Positions 49,066-57,853 of a stretch of 64,000 nucleotides of DNA are shown here, in pieces (within the stretch, counting starts at the first letter, position 1; the number at the start of each line of letters is the position of its first letter). Both the position numbers and the translations under genes were made by a program. Source of the stretch: a virus (Duplodnaviria > Caudoviricetes); IMG/VR virus record IMGVR_UViG_3300028805_000078, positions 32,001 through 96,000 of that record; one strand, given 5' to 3'. Under the pieces are notes generated by a model. It worked only from the letters and a program-made list of their open reading frames with translations. It had not been told where the DNA came from and ran no database searches.

Positions 49066-49971
49066 TTATGCGAGGACTGCTCGCATTTCTTCGAGTGCAT
49101 CTCCGAAGAGATGTATGTAGGTGTTATAGGTTATCGTTACCGAACTGTGTCCGAGCAGGCGCGAAAGGATCTTGACATCGCAGCCGCGATAATAGCAGTT
49201 CGTTGCGAACGTATGCCTAAAAACATGCATCCCCATATAAGGAACGTTTGCCTCTTTACACGCAGCCTTCGTATTCTTTATCAGAACTTTGTAAGACAAC
49301 GGTTCCGTTGAATCAGGATTGAATACGAAAGTTCCGTTCTTCGGCAATGAGTTCAGAATACGCTGCGCATTTGTACTGAGCGGGATAACGCGCTTGCTTG
49401 CGAGTGATTTCGGGGAATTCTGCACTTTTGATCTCTCGCCGCAATTCAGGTTGATCAACGTCTTTGAAACAGATACGGCTTTTCTTTGCCATTGTATGTC
49501 TGCCCATTGAAGAGCGAGCACCTCCCCTACCCTGAGTCCTGTTTCGATCATGAATGCAATGACAGGATAGCCGCGTTTCTTTCCGGAATCAAGAACGTTT
49601 TTCAAACGCTGCTGTTCTTCTTCGCTGTAAGCGATGATCTCCTTCTTCGGCTTCTTTACAACGCACTGAGAAGGAAGCGTCACCGCTTCGTATAACGGCC
49701 GAAGAACAAGCCCCTCCGCGTTCGCCCATCTTAGAAACGCGCTGATCAAGTGAAACTGCTTCTTGATCGTTGTCTGCGCGTAGCCGTCGTCTACGAGATC
49801 GTTGATGTACGATTGTATATCGTTGCCTGTAAGCTTCTCGATATCGCATTCCGATATTCTGTATTTCTTCATCAGATCGTACGATGTCTGAAGCCGCAGA
49901 TATGTAGACGGCTTTACACTTGTTCGTTTGTGCGTCTCCATCCACGATAGAATCGCCTGTGACAATGTCAT
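49066..49971 (-). CDS. int: Tyrosine integrase
   Basis: SAM-like N-domain; catalytic R (TGLRVGE), K (PKS), HxxR (HVFRHTFAT), LGH and Y. Start at MTLSQ after GGAGGT. Confidence 0.92.
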   Translation of the reverse strand: MTLSQAILSWMETHKRTSVKPSTYLRLQTSYDLMKKYRISECDIEKLTGNDIQSYINDLVDDGYAQTTIKKQFHLISAFLRWANAEGLVLRPLYEAVTLPSQCVVKKPKKEIIAYSEEEQQRLKNVLDSGKKRGYPVIAFMIETGLRVGEVLALQWADIQWQRKAVSVSKTLINLNCGERSKVQNSPKSLASKRVIPLSTNAQRILNSLPKNGTFVFNPDSTEPLSYKVLIKNTKAACKEANVPYMGMHVFRHTFATNCYYRGCDVKILSRLLGHSSVTITYNTYIHLFGDALEEMRAVLA

Positions 49972-50011
49972 AGTGTTACCTCCTTCGGTAACGCCAAACC
50001 GATGCATGTAT

Positions 50012-50040
50012 ATTATATCATACGGCCTGACGTTTGTCGA
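50012..50040 (-). promoter_or_regulatory. Sigma-A promoter for integrase
   Basis: TCGACA-17 bp-TATAAT with extended TG. Confidence 0.7.
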
Positions 50041-50082
50041 GTTTGAACAGAATTAATTCTGTAAAATAGTTGTTTTTGCACC

Positions 50083-50111
50083 TTGACATAATGCATGATG
50101 CATGTTATAAT
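50083..50111 (+). promoter_or_regulatory. Consensus sigma-A promoter
   Basis: TTGACA-17 bp-TATAAT with extended TG; ATGCATGATGCAT lies in the spacer. Confidence 0.85.
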
Positions 50112-50205
50112 TGCGCTCGTGATGCAAACTTTGCATGTTGATGCCGATGCAAGATGCAACACACGGCACGTAAAAGAATATTGATATAAGACGAGGTGAT
50201 TTGAA

Positions 50206-50649
50206 ATGAAGTGGATCGACAAGTACCCGTTGGCATGGACAGAACTTGAAAGGTGCAATGGTTTGCGACAACAGGTTGCTACGTTGAAGGCTATGGCCGC
50301 AAAGACGGAAGCCTGCGTGCAACGTACGACAGCTCGATTAAACAGAATAGGCGGCAAAGGAAGTACAAACCGAGAAGATGCTTTGTGCGATTACATAGAT
50401 CTCCAACCTCAAATTCTGAAAGCCGAACGAGAGCTTGATACTGCAGTTCAAAGGATAGAGAAAACAATTTGCATGTTGGCTGATCCAAGAGAAGAGTTGT
50501 TGCTTAGGATGATTTACATAAACGGCGCAGATAAACATGTTATAATGGCGATGGCGGGCATGTCTCCGTCAGGTTTTCGGGCGAAACTTGAACGGGCCGT
50601 AGCTTCTTACGAAAAGCTGATGTCTATAAGCAAAGGCGGTGTTGCATAA
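50206..50649 (+). CDS. RinA/ArpU-like (sigma region-4-like HTH) transcription regulator
   Basis: Coiled coil, then 'LADPREELLLRMIYING.....IMAMAGMSPSGFRAKLERA'. Confidence 0.6.
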   Translation: MKWIDKYPLAWTELERCNGLRQQVATLKAMAAKTEACVQRTTARLNRIGGKGSTNREDALCDYIDLQPQILKAERELDTAVQRIEKTICMLADPREELLLRMIYINGADKHVIMAMAGMSPSGFRAKLERAVASYEKLMSISKGGVA

Positions 50650-51035
50650 TGGCGAACAGACAAAGCCTTGGTTTTCGCGAGCTTAGAAATCTTGCAAGTT
50701 TCTTGTGTGCAAAACTGCATTTATCTTTAATTGACGAATGCGAACTGTACACACAGTATTTTACAGACGTTCCGCAGCCAATCGTTATCGACAATGACGG
50801 CACTCGTATATGGATCGACCGTTATTATGCCGCTTATCAGACAGGATGCGGTGAAGTAAAGTACGTTTATCTCACCCGCGCTCACATACTTGAAGAAACC
50901 GAAGACAGATCTGTATTGCCAGACGAAATACAAACTCAGTTCAATGAAGCATTGTCTTCGATGAATGTGCTGCGCAACAATATATGGTTTGATACACGGT
51001 TCATAGAACAGGATATCTTGCAGATGTGCGCGTAA
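50649..51035 (+). CDS. Hypothetical protein
   Basis: TAATG coupling to the previous gene, 128 aa. Confidence 0.6.
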   Translation: MANRQSLGFRELRNLASFLCAKLHLSLIDECELYTQYFTDVPQPIVIDNDGTRIWIDRYYAAYQTGCGEVKYVYLTRAHILEETEDRSVLPDEIQTQFNEALSSMNVLRNNIWFDTRFIEQDILQMCA

Positions 51036-51065
51036 TAAAAAGGCCGAAGCTTATGCTCCGGCCTA
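51036..51065 (-). terminator. Terminator between converging units (possibly bidirectional)
   Basis: Minus strand: AGGCCGGAGC-ATAA-GCTTCGGCCT plus TTTT. Confidence 0.75.
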
Positions 51066-51072
51066 TTCTAAT

Positions 51073-51170
51073 TTCTAATAAGTTACCAGAAAATTTTGAC
51101 ATATGTGCGCGGTAAGGTATTTATACTACCTCTTTCATTTAGTGCTCAGATTTCTAATAATTTATTAGAA
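51073..51170. repeat. 98-bp composite element copy 1 (19-bp palindrome / core / palindrome)
   Basis: TTCTAATAAGTTACCAGAA at 51073, GTAAGGTATTTATAC at 51112, TTCTAATAATTTATTAGAA at 51152. Confidence 0.7.
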
Positions 51171-51175
51171 TTTCT

Positions 51176-51508
51176 TCAAGAATTCAGCACTTCGACGAGC
51201 TCTTCGTCTGTAAGTTCTCTCGGCTTTTCTTGGGTTTTCTTTTTTGAGCGATAGAAATTTGTAGCAAATTCGCGAGTCCAGTCTGTCCAATCGCTGTCGT
51301 CCATGTACTGCGAAGGTGGGTCGATATATACTCTTGTGGCGGATGAACTTGTTGTTACAGATGGAGTATATACCCATGTTGATGTTGCTTGCGTTGGTGT
51401 AGTAGGTGTAGTAGTAATCCACCCTGAACCTGATGAGGCTGTCAAACCTGATAAGTCTATTGTCTCAGGTTCTCGTGTTTGATTCAGTGTACGAATATAT
51501 GGTGGCAT
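51176..51508 (-). CDS. Hypothetical Thr-rich protein
   Basis: GAAAGG RBS, 110 aa. Confidence 0.55.
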   Translation of the reverse strand: MPPYIRTLNQTREPETIDLSGLTASSGSGWITTTPTTPTQATSTWVYTPSVTTSSSATRVYIDPPSQYMDDSDWTDWTREFATNFYRSKKKTQEKPRELTDEELVEVLNS

Positions 51509-51536
51509 AAATGAATTAATTTCCTTTCAGCAGTTC

Positions 51537-51890
51537 TTATTCACCGTTTAAGATATCCAATATTTTAATATCGATTTCTTTATCGATTGTTTTATCAATT
51601 GCTTTATCCGTATTGTTGCTGTATCTATTGCATGCTTCAGTGCTCGTTGTCGCATCGATATTCCAATGGCACGTAGGATGGTTTTCTACTATGTTAAACA
51701 ATTTCTGAAGTTCTTCGTCACTTCCTACATTAGCTAAATCAACATCGATAGTTATATTCGTTGTGTAAGGAACAGAAAATATCGGCTGATTACAATATCC
51801 TCCGTAACAATCCATCGTTTCGGACGACATAGTGACGTTTGCACGTATAGATTCGAAAAATTTTATTTCTTCAAATGTGAATCCATTCAT
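51537..51890 (-). CDS. Hypothetical protein
   Basis: 117-aa ORF in the leftward cluster. Confidence 0.55.
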   Translation of the reverse strand: MNGFTFEEIKFFESIRANVTMSSETMDCYGGYCNQPIFSVPYTTNITIDVDLANVGSDEELQKLFNIVENHPTCHWNIDATTSTEACNRYSNNTDKAIDKTIDKEIDIKILDILNGE

Positions 51891-51896
51891 AAAATT

Positions 51897-51994
51897 CTTT
51901 AGTATTTTATTAGAAAATTAAAGCGTCTGCTTTTAGTAAGGTATTTATACCACCATCGTAAAACAGACGCTTAATTTCTAGTAATTTATTAGAG
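51897..51994. repeat. 98-bp composite element copy 2
   Basis: CTTTAGTATTTTATTAGAA at 51897, GTAAGGTATTTATAC at 51936, TTCTAGTAATTTATTAGAG at 51976; offsets identical to copy 1. Confidence 0.7.
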
Positions 51995-52327
51995 AAAATC
52001 ACCTGAAACATCACGTTTCTTAAGATCTTTCTTGAGATCTTTCTTTGCTTCTCTTGCTTCTCTCGCCTTCGCTGCGAGTTCAAGAAGTACTTGCTTGCGA
52101 TTTTCATTCAAATGTTGGCGTTTTTGCTTCGGTGATATCCTGATGTAGCTGACAGGAACGAAGAAGAAGTAATTTTCTTCGTCAGTTTGCTTCATTGTGC
52201 AGTTTTCAGGATCGTTTTCGGCAATTTTCTTCAGTTTTTTAATCCATATCTTGTCACATGTATATATTTTTGCCGATTTTTCATCACCAAAAATGTTTAT
52301 TGTTGTTTCAGTTTCTGATTTAATCAT
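51989..52327 (-). CDS. Hypothetical protein
   Basis: 'ETETTIN......A.IYT....WIKKL.K......VP..YIRISP' with a basic tail. Confidence 0.65.
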   Translation of the reverse strand: MIKSETETTINIFGDEKSAKIYTCDKIWIKKLKKIAENDPENCTMKQTDEENYFFFVPVSYIRISPKQKRQHLNENRKQVLLELAAKAREAREAKKDLKKDLKKRDVSGDFL

Positions 52328-52357
52328 CTTTTTGAATCCTTGTGCCGGTTTTAAACG

Positions 52358-52675
52358 TTAATTATAATCAAGTTCGGCATTGAAGAACAAGACAATGTGT
52401 TCATTGTAGTAGATATCTATATCTCTGGAATAATATCCGTTCTGAGTTGAATAACACGGCACAAAAAACATCTTTCCAGGGTTGCCAAACCTGAAACCAG
52501 CGTCTTCTACGGCCTCAAACACAAGATTTTGATCGAAATCAGTCTCATAGGCGAGCGGTTCAAGCTGTTTGAAGTCAGCATAGTTTACTTCACAGCAATC
52601 CGGTTCATGATCATACTCGATTATGTTCCCGTTGTCAAACAAAATCTCGTCATCGTTTACCTTTTTGATTCTCAT
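52358..52675 (-). CDS. Hypothetical protein
   Basis: 'H..DCCE..YADF....FVPCY..QNGYYS' conserved-looking motif; AGGAG RBS. Confidence 0.65.
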   Translation of the reverse strand: MRIKKVNDDEILFDNGNIIEYDHEPDCCEVNYADFKQLEPLAYETDFDQNLVFEAVEDAGFRFGNPGKMFFVPCYSTQNGYYSRDIDIYYNEHIVLFFNAELDYN

Positions 52676-52871
52676 AAAGTTTTCTCCTTGTTCGCATCAT
52701 GAGCGCGCCGCAATTCGGGCAATATTCGAGCTCAGATCGGCATCTAGCCTTGCAATTTGCGCATTCAAACGGGTATTTGTCATCGCTGCGGCAAATACTC
52801 CATGTTGAGATTGGTTGCGGCTTGACTTTCGTGAAATCAAACCCGCTAAGATTTATATCATTTGTCAGCAT
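52650..52871 (-). CDS. Small zinc-ribbon protein
   Basis: CANC...CPNCGA. Confidence 0.55.
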   Translation of the reverse strand: MLTNDINLSGFDFTKVKPQPISTWSICRSDDKYPFECANCKARCRSELEYCPNCGALMMRTRRKLYENQKGKR

Positions 52872-53775
52872 CTTCTGTTTCTTTTCTTACTTCGGCAAAC
52901 AGCTTGCAGATATCGTGCGAAAAGATAAGTTTACGTTCGGACACAGATGACACGGCGTATTCCTGTTTAACCATGTCGAGATACATAGTAAACCGTCCGT
53001 CTTCACCGAGATAACTGAGGTCCCAGTCTTCCTTTGGCACATGTTTCTTTATATGCAGCTGGTCAAGCGCGAGATTATCGAAACTGACAGCCGCGAACAG
53101 TGTTTTCAGGTTCCCTTTGAACAGAGCATTCTCGAGCGCGGCGATTTTGAATTCAATAGACGGAGACAGCTTTTTATAATACGTCTGGCCGCGACCAAAA
53201 TTCTTGTAACCGAGGATAAGAAGCTTTGCTTTTTGCGCGCCAAGTCTGTAAAGCGCTTCCATCGGTACTACACCCGCTATAACATGCGCGACAGCGTCAG
53301 GAAACGCTGACAACGCATTGGCTACATCCGGTATTATGTCACGATTTACGGAAACGCCGAGGCCGTGGAAAAGACCTTCCGCTTTCATGTTTTTGAGATG
53401 GATATAGTTTTGAACAAAATGATCCACATGAACAGTCATATTGCAGATCACGTTCTGTTGCTTCATACGTCTGAGGAAAGCTTCGAGATCGGGATGCTCG
53501 AGCACGTTCCCACCACCAAGTGCAAGCTCCGTGCACGGCTTCAGACTGTTAAACAACGGATGATTCAGATCCGCAAGCGCACCGTTCGGCGTAGCACACT
53601 CGTGGCACATCGGACAGTTTTTATCGCAGCGATCAGAGATCTTGCAATCGATAGACTCCGGAAACTCCGGCTGAAAATTGTTAAACGCATTCCATCTAAT
53701 CTTCGTTCCGTGATCTCCGATCAGCACATTATAGTTTCCGTTCTTATAGGTTCCGAGAATTCTTTCGTTAGTCAT
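52858..53775 (-). CDS. Radical SAM protein
   Basis: CxxxCxxC (CDKNCPMC), 'ALGGGN', start MTNERILGTYKNGNY. Confidence 0.85.
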   Translation of the reverse strand: MTNERILGTYKNGNYNVLIGDHGTKIRWNAFNNFQPEFPESIDCKISDRCDKNCPMCHECATPNGALADLNHPLFNSLKPCTELALGGGNVLEHPDLEAFLRRMKQQNVICNMTVHVDHFVQNYIHLKNMKAEGLFHGLGVSVNRDIIPDVANALSAFPDAVAHVIAGVVPMEALYRLGAQKAKLLILGYKNFGRGQTYYKKLSPSIEFKIAALENALFKGNLKTLFAAVSFDNLALDQLHIKKHVPKEDWDLSYLGEDGRFTMYLDMVKQEYAVSSVSERKLIFSHDICKLFAEVRKETEDADK

Positions 53776-54382
53776 TTTTTTCTTCCTTATATTCAGGATA
53801 TTCGTCATAGAATTGCGCCATTGTATCATATACAACTTTGACTTTCTTATCGTTCCATGCCGGTGTATTCAGCACTCTGTCGAACACGTTGTATTCGTCG
53901 CCATCGATAACGACCATATAGCGGTCATCAAAGATGAAATCTTCAAGCGAAACATCGTATTTCTTCAGGAAACTCTGCAGCATACCATCTGACTGGTGGT
54001 CAACATATCCGTAAAAAGTTTTTCTTATTTCTTCGTCTTTCTTTGAATCATATTGCCATGTTACAGGATACTCGATCTCTTTGAAGTGCGGGTATCTTTT
54101 ACGGAGCATTGATTCGATCTCTTTGCGTTTCCCTTTTGCGTTTTTATCATATGCGTAAGACGCTATTGCGTAACACATGCGACGATACCAGTCGGTCAAC
54201 AGATCAAACGGATAGCGTCCAAACGTAATATCATCCTCATAAATGTAGATTTTTCCTGTCTTATCAGATATGTGCCAATCGCACCTTTTCGGATCGCTAT
54301 TTTCGGCAATGCCATCAAAGATTACGAGCGCATGCGAGCTCGAAGAGTTTGTTTCAAAAATGTTCTGTCTGATCTGAATCAT
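53768..54382 (-). CDS. Conserved phage protein ('FETNSSS.H' motif), partner of the radical SAM gene
   Basis: MIQIRQNIFETNSSSSHAL...GYVDHQS. Confidence 0.7.
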   Translation of the reverse strand: MIQIRQNIFETNSSSSHALVIFDGIAENSDPKRCDWHISDKTGKIYIYEDDITFGRYPFDLLTDWYRRMCYAIASYAYDKNAKGKRKEIESMLRKRYPHFKEIEYPVTWQYDSKKDEEIRKTFYGYVDHQSDGMLQSFLKKYDVSLEDFIFDDRYMVVIDGDEYNVFDRVLNTPAWNDKKVKVVYDTMAQFYDEYPEYKEEKND

Positions 54383-54536
54383 AATTCTCCTTTATATAGC
54401 AGCCAGGAATAAATGGTATAAGCTTGAATAAGTATTCTATTGTTCCGGCGTACCATATTATCGTTCCGTCCGGCGTTTGCGCTGTGAATTCGAGGCGCTT
54501 TGTGAGTTCATTCACAACCGTATTAAAGTCTTCCAT
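54354..54536 (-). CDS. Hypothetical protein
   Basis: Overlapping small ORF in the tightly packed cluster. Confidence 0.4.
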   Translation of the reverse strand: MEDFNTVVNELTKRLEFTAQTPDGTIIWYAGTIEYLFKLIPFIPGCYIKENYDSDQTEHF

Positions 54537-54918
54537 TTACTGAATTCAAATACTCCTTTGTGCAATGATCGATGATTTCTTTAAACTGTTCGATATCGAC
54601 GTCCATGTTTGAATACGCATCGCGCATTGGATATTTGTACCATTTGATCTCAAGGCCAGTTGGTTTGTATACAAAATTCGGGAGTTCTGCGATACACTCA
54701 TCTTCGCCCCAGTAATACGGGCGCAGCGTAAACGTATCGTTGTCTATAAAATCAGAGCCGTCATCGTTGTGCCCGTAGAAATCGCAGTTGATCGAATATA
54801 GGAATTCTACGAAAACATCCTGGTATTCTTTGCGAGGTTCTACGTGATACAACCCGTGGCTGTTCCCAAAAAACAAATTACCGAGTTCCATTTCGGAAAT
54901 GTTTTCAAATTTCTTCAC
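54523..54918 (-). CDS. Hypothetical protein
   Basis: 'RPYYWG......PNF.YKPTGLEI.WYKYP.RD'. Confidence 0.65.
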   Translation of the reverse strand: MKKFENISEMELGNLFFGNSHGLYHVEPRKEYQDVFVEFLYSINCDFYGHNDDGSDFIDNDTFTLRPYYWGEDECIAELPNFVYKPTGLEIKWYKYPMRDAYSNMDVDIEQFKEIIDHCTKEYLNSVNGRL

Positions 54919-55339
54919 CCTTCTGTCCTTTCAGCTCGTTAACAAGATCCATGTGATTTGTCATTTTACGTCCGCATTTCGGGCAGTATTTCATGAACCT
55001 CGCCGTAATGCCCTGCATTGTCTGACAGTTGGAACAGTACCAATGATTGCGGCGGTCAAGTATCCACTCGGCAGTTTTCTGCTGAGGATCTCGCGTATTA
55101 TTCTTTTCGGCAGCTTCGTTCCATTTTTTCACAACGGAGTTGAACAATTGTAAGCAGGCGTCAAACGACACATAAGGTCCGTACTTAGGACCGGTGTAAA
55201 GATACATGCACTGTTCTGTACAGCCATCGTCACAGCTTACGAAAGCTTTTATTTCGCGCTCGTTATGATATTTGATCCCGCTGTGAGCACTGCCGCCACA
55301 AACAGGGCATGGTTTAAGCATGTGATCAAACATCGGCAT
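54905..55339 (-). CDS. Lar-like zinc-binding domain fused to a zinc ribbon
   Basis: 'LKPCPVCGG...C..C...KWN' plus 'CSNC...CPKCG'. Confidence 0.6.
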   Translation of the reverse strand: MPMFDHMLKPCPVCGGSAHSGIKYHNEREIKAFVSCDDGCTEQCMYLYTGPKYGPYVSFDACLQLFNSVVKKWNEAAEKNNTRDPQQKTAEWILDRRNHWYCSNCQTMQGITARFMKYCPKCGRKMTNHMDLVNELKGQKGEEI

Positions 55340-55353
55340 TCACCTTCTTCTCG

Positions 55354-55734
55354 TCACTTTTCAATGCTTTCCACGAAGCAGTTCCAATAGATGCACCGTT
55401 TGCCGTCATAGTCAAACATGATTCCCCCGTTCTCATCCTCGATATTGAATCTGCCCTCGTATTCTGCAAGCAATGTTCCGTCAGCCGTGTAAACCCTCAC
55501 GACCCTGTTCATACCACTTATGCCGCTTTTTGTGCTTTTGATCTGCGCTTTGCCAGTTTCGGTGTTTGCGTAGAAGCAAGCTGCGCCAACTCCAATTGCC
55601 AGTGAAAGTACAATGCAAATCGCAATTGACCAACTAGGCAGATGGTTGTGATAAGATAATAAATTCCAACAAAGGCCGAAAATAATACCAGCAACTAAAG
55701 CGGTGACAAATCCGATTACGATTGCAACAATCAT
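55354..55734 (-). CDS. Membrane-anchored hypothetical protein
   Basis: Two N-terminal TMs, then 'RVVRVYTADG....YEG.F.IE....FD.DGKR'. Confidence 0.6.
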   Translation of the reverse strand: MIVAIVIGFVTALVAGIIFGLCWNLLSYHNHLPSWSIAICIVLSLAIGVGAACFYANTETGKAQIKSTKSGISGMNRVVRVYTADGTLLAEYEGRFNIEDENGGIMFDYDGKRCIYWNCFVESIEK

Positions 55735-56069
55735 TTGTTTTCTATCCTTTCTCTATCCATATTCGCGCCGCAATGTGGGCAGTAAACGTATTGACCCGTA
55801 TGTACTTCGATGAATTTCATAACAAAGCCACATTCGCTGCATCGCGCTCTTAATGCCCATGTTTTAATACCTACAATATCATAAGCATCCTCAGTTTCAA
55901 TCTCTATCCATCGCCCGTGCTTAACGGGTACAGCGTCAACAGTAGGTGCGTCTTTAATCCAATCTCTCAGCGCCTTAAAGAACTTTTTAATCTCAGGCAA
56001 GTTGCAATTCACTTCGCGCTTTGCTTTAGTCAAATCTTTCAGCAGCGCGTCCGCATAGATTAGTCTCAT
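55731..56069 (-). CDS. 'MRLI.AD' family zinc-ribbon protein
   Basis: PTVDAVPVKHGRW...CSEC...CPHCGA.MD. Confidence 0.7.
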   Translation of the reverse strand: MRLIYADALLKDLTKAKREVNCNLPEIKKFFKALRDWIKDAPTVDAVPVKHGRWIEIETEDAYDIVGIKTWALRARCSECGFVMKFIEVHTGQYVYCPHCGANMDRERIENK

Positions 56070-56353
56070 TTGCTCACCTTCTCCCCGTCCATCTTCTCAG
56101 CTAAAAAGCAGAATCCATTGGGGTCGACTTTACTTTCTGTGTTTGCCCATCTGTTGCAAGTCGGCACATCGTTCGCCGCTAAAACAGGTACACCGTGAAA
56201 GTCTGCCCAGAAATCTTTTACGCAGTAATACTTGCAGTCCTTACAGCGTATCACTGGAACGGCGTTTTTTATAGCATCTTCTAAATCCCATTCATAATCT
56301 TCTGGCACATCTTCATCTTCAAACCAATGTCTTTCGGTCAAACCCATTTTCAC
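56066..56353 (-). CDS. Cys-rich hypothetical protein
   Basis: 'AVPVIRCKDCKY...C...FC..AE'. Confidence 0.6.
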   Translation of the reverse strand: MKMGLTERHWFEDEDVPEDYEWDLEDAIKNAVPVIRCKDCKYYCVKDFWADFHGVPVLAANDVPTCNRWANTESKVDPNGFCFLAEKMDGEKVSK

Positions 56354-56620
56354 TCACCGCCTTGCTATTTCAAACAATATTTGTAATCCATTACCTATAC
56401 TATCAAGAGCCCTTTGCTTTTCAATTGGAAGCTCTTCAATCATTTTATTAGTTTTTCTAATTGGGCACCAATCTGGAACAGAGGATAAATCAATAGTAAT
56501 ATTTAAATAAGCGTTTGTTTCTGATTGCATTGTTTGCATTTGATAATCACAAAAGGGCGAACCAAGCCGCTCATTTTTAAAAAAGCAATCTCCACAACAT
56601 TTTGGCTCATTTAATTTCAT
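56354..56620 (-). CDS. Cys-rich hypothetical protein
   Basis: Start MKLNEPKCCGDC after GGAGG; 'PDWCP'. Confidence 0.55.
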   Translation of the reverse strand: MKLNEPKCCGDCFFKNERLGSPFCDYQMQTMQSETNAYLNITIDLSSVPDWCPIRKTNKMIEELPIEKQRALDSIGNGLQILFEIARR

Positions 56621-56795
56621 AAGCTTCCTCCTTCGGCTGCCTACGTATTTCAAACCGTAAATCTGATTCGTTAAAAGCTTCTTCGAACACAGCTCTGATA
56701 AACAGAGTCGCGTCGTCAATCGTCATATCGCTTGCCCGTAGCTCAAATTTTCCGTCGCCATAACGTCTATAAACTTGATATTGGTCTTCCCACAT
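56607..56795 (-). CDS. Hypothetical protein
   Basis: 62 aa, overlapping junctions. Confidence 0.5.
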   Translation of the reverse strand: MWEDQYQVYRRYGDGKFELRASDMTIDDATLFIRAVFEEAFNESDLRFEIRRQPKEEAYEIK

Positions 56796-57093
56796 TATCT
56801 TTATCCTCTAAATCCATCTTTGCGCCGCAGTTGGGGCAATATGATAGTTCTTCTTCTCTTGTCCAACTGTTCCTCAATCCCTTCATATGCCACTGACATT
56901 CGGAGCATTCATAATGTCCGTGATATTCAGGCGGCATCATTCCCGTCATCTTTACCCAACGCCCACGCACCACGGGTACAACGTCGACAGTAGGGGTGGT
57001 GTTGATTTCTCCAACGATGTAACTGGTGTGATAATAATCTGGCGGTTTATCCATAAAACGATGCATTAGCGCATCCAAATCTCCAAGTCTCAT
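56767..57093 (-). CDS. 'MRL..D' family zinc-ribbon protein (paralogous modules to 55731..56069)
   Basis: PTVDVVPVVRGRW...CSEC...CPNCGAKMD. Confidence 0.7.
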   Translation of the reverse strand: MRLGDLDALMHRFMDKPPDYYHTSYIVGEINTTPTVDVVPVVRGRWVKMTGMMPPEYHGHYECSECQWHMKGLRNSWTREEELSYCPNCGAKMDLEDKDNVGRPISSL

Positions 57094-57293
57094 TCCACGT
57101 CACCATCCTTTAACTTAACACGTTTCAATTCATCAACTCTGCTACTGATTAATCTCAATAATGCCGCCTGGCATTCTTCACATCCTTCTGTCCACATTTT
57201 TATTTCTTCTATAGTTCCATATTGCGGTGCGGAAAATCTCATTGAACACATTTCCGCTGCTAAGCGTTCCAGTTCATTTACAATTTCATTCAT
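57090..57293 (-). CDS. Hypothetical protein
   Basis: 67 aa, ATGA coupling. Confidence 0.5.
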   Translation of the reverse strand: MNEIVNELERLAAEMCSMRFSAPQYGTIEEIKMWTEGCEECQAALLRLISSRVDELKRVKLKDGDVE

Positions 57294-57382
57294 CCCACTT
57301 CACCCCCTCAATTATTTTGAAATCCTCAACACGGCAGAAATAATTGCTATTACAAATGCAATGATTGATATTATCAACGCTG

Positions 57383-57853
57383 TCATTTTAAGTCACCTCC
57401 CTCCGGTTGTTCGGGTAGTGGCATCCAGTGGGTGACGAAATCTTCGATGACTACGGAACTATACTCGTCCCAATTGTGTATAACCTCGTACCAGCCCTCT
57501 TTCAGATAGTATTCATCATCTTCCTCGCTGTAATCATAGCAATCTGTGTCATCAGGATAGTTACCTTCTGAGATAGAATATTCTTCAGCATGGTATGCCT
57601 CGCATACATACTTCTTTTTGCTGCCGTTCAGTAATTTGATTTCGCAGATGGCGAGAACAGGTTTCCCGCTCTCGGGAAACCTGTCCTTGACGCTTATCCA
57701 CTCCCGCTCTTTAAGCAGTTCCAGCGCCTCTTTGCTTAAAGTTGGAGAACACTTGTCTTCGTTAAAATAGGGGCAAAACTCCGAATCGTTTGTTTCGCAT
57801 ACTCTGTTACTATGCGCTTCTAACCCTTTGATAACCTTTTCAAGCTTAGTCAT
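57383..57853 (-). CDS. DUF551-like protein
   Basis: 'WISVKDRFPE...VTHWMPLPE.P'. Confidence 0.75.
   Translation of the reverse strand: MTKLEKVIKGLEAHSNRVCETNDSEFCPYFNEDKCSPTLSKEALELLKEREWISVKDRFPESGKPVLAICEIKLLNGSKKKYVCEAYHAEEYSISEGNYPDDTDCYDYSEEDDEYYLKEGWYEVIHNWDEYSSVVIEDFVTHWMPLPEQPEGGDLK

Noticed and set aside
47561-49311. Long antisense ORFs (e.g. 47561..48298 -, 48988..49311 +; also 5029..5667 -, 6372..7031 -, 17702..18442 -, 61273..62040 +)
   Set aside because: These are shadows of well-supported genes on the opposite strand, with no RBS or recognisable motifs.
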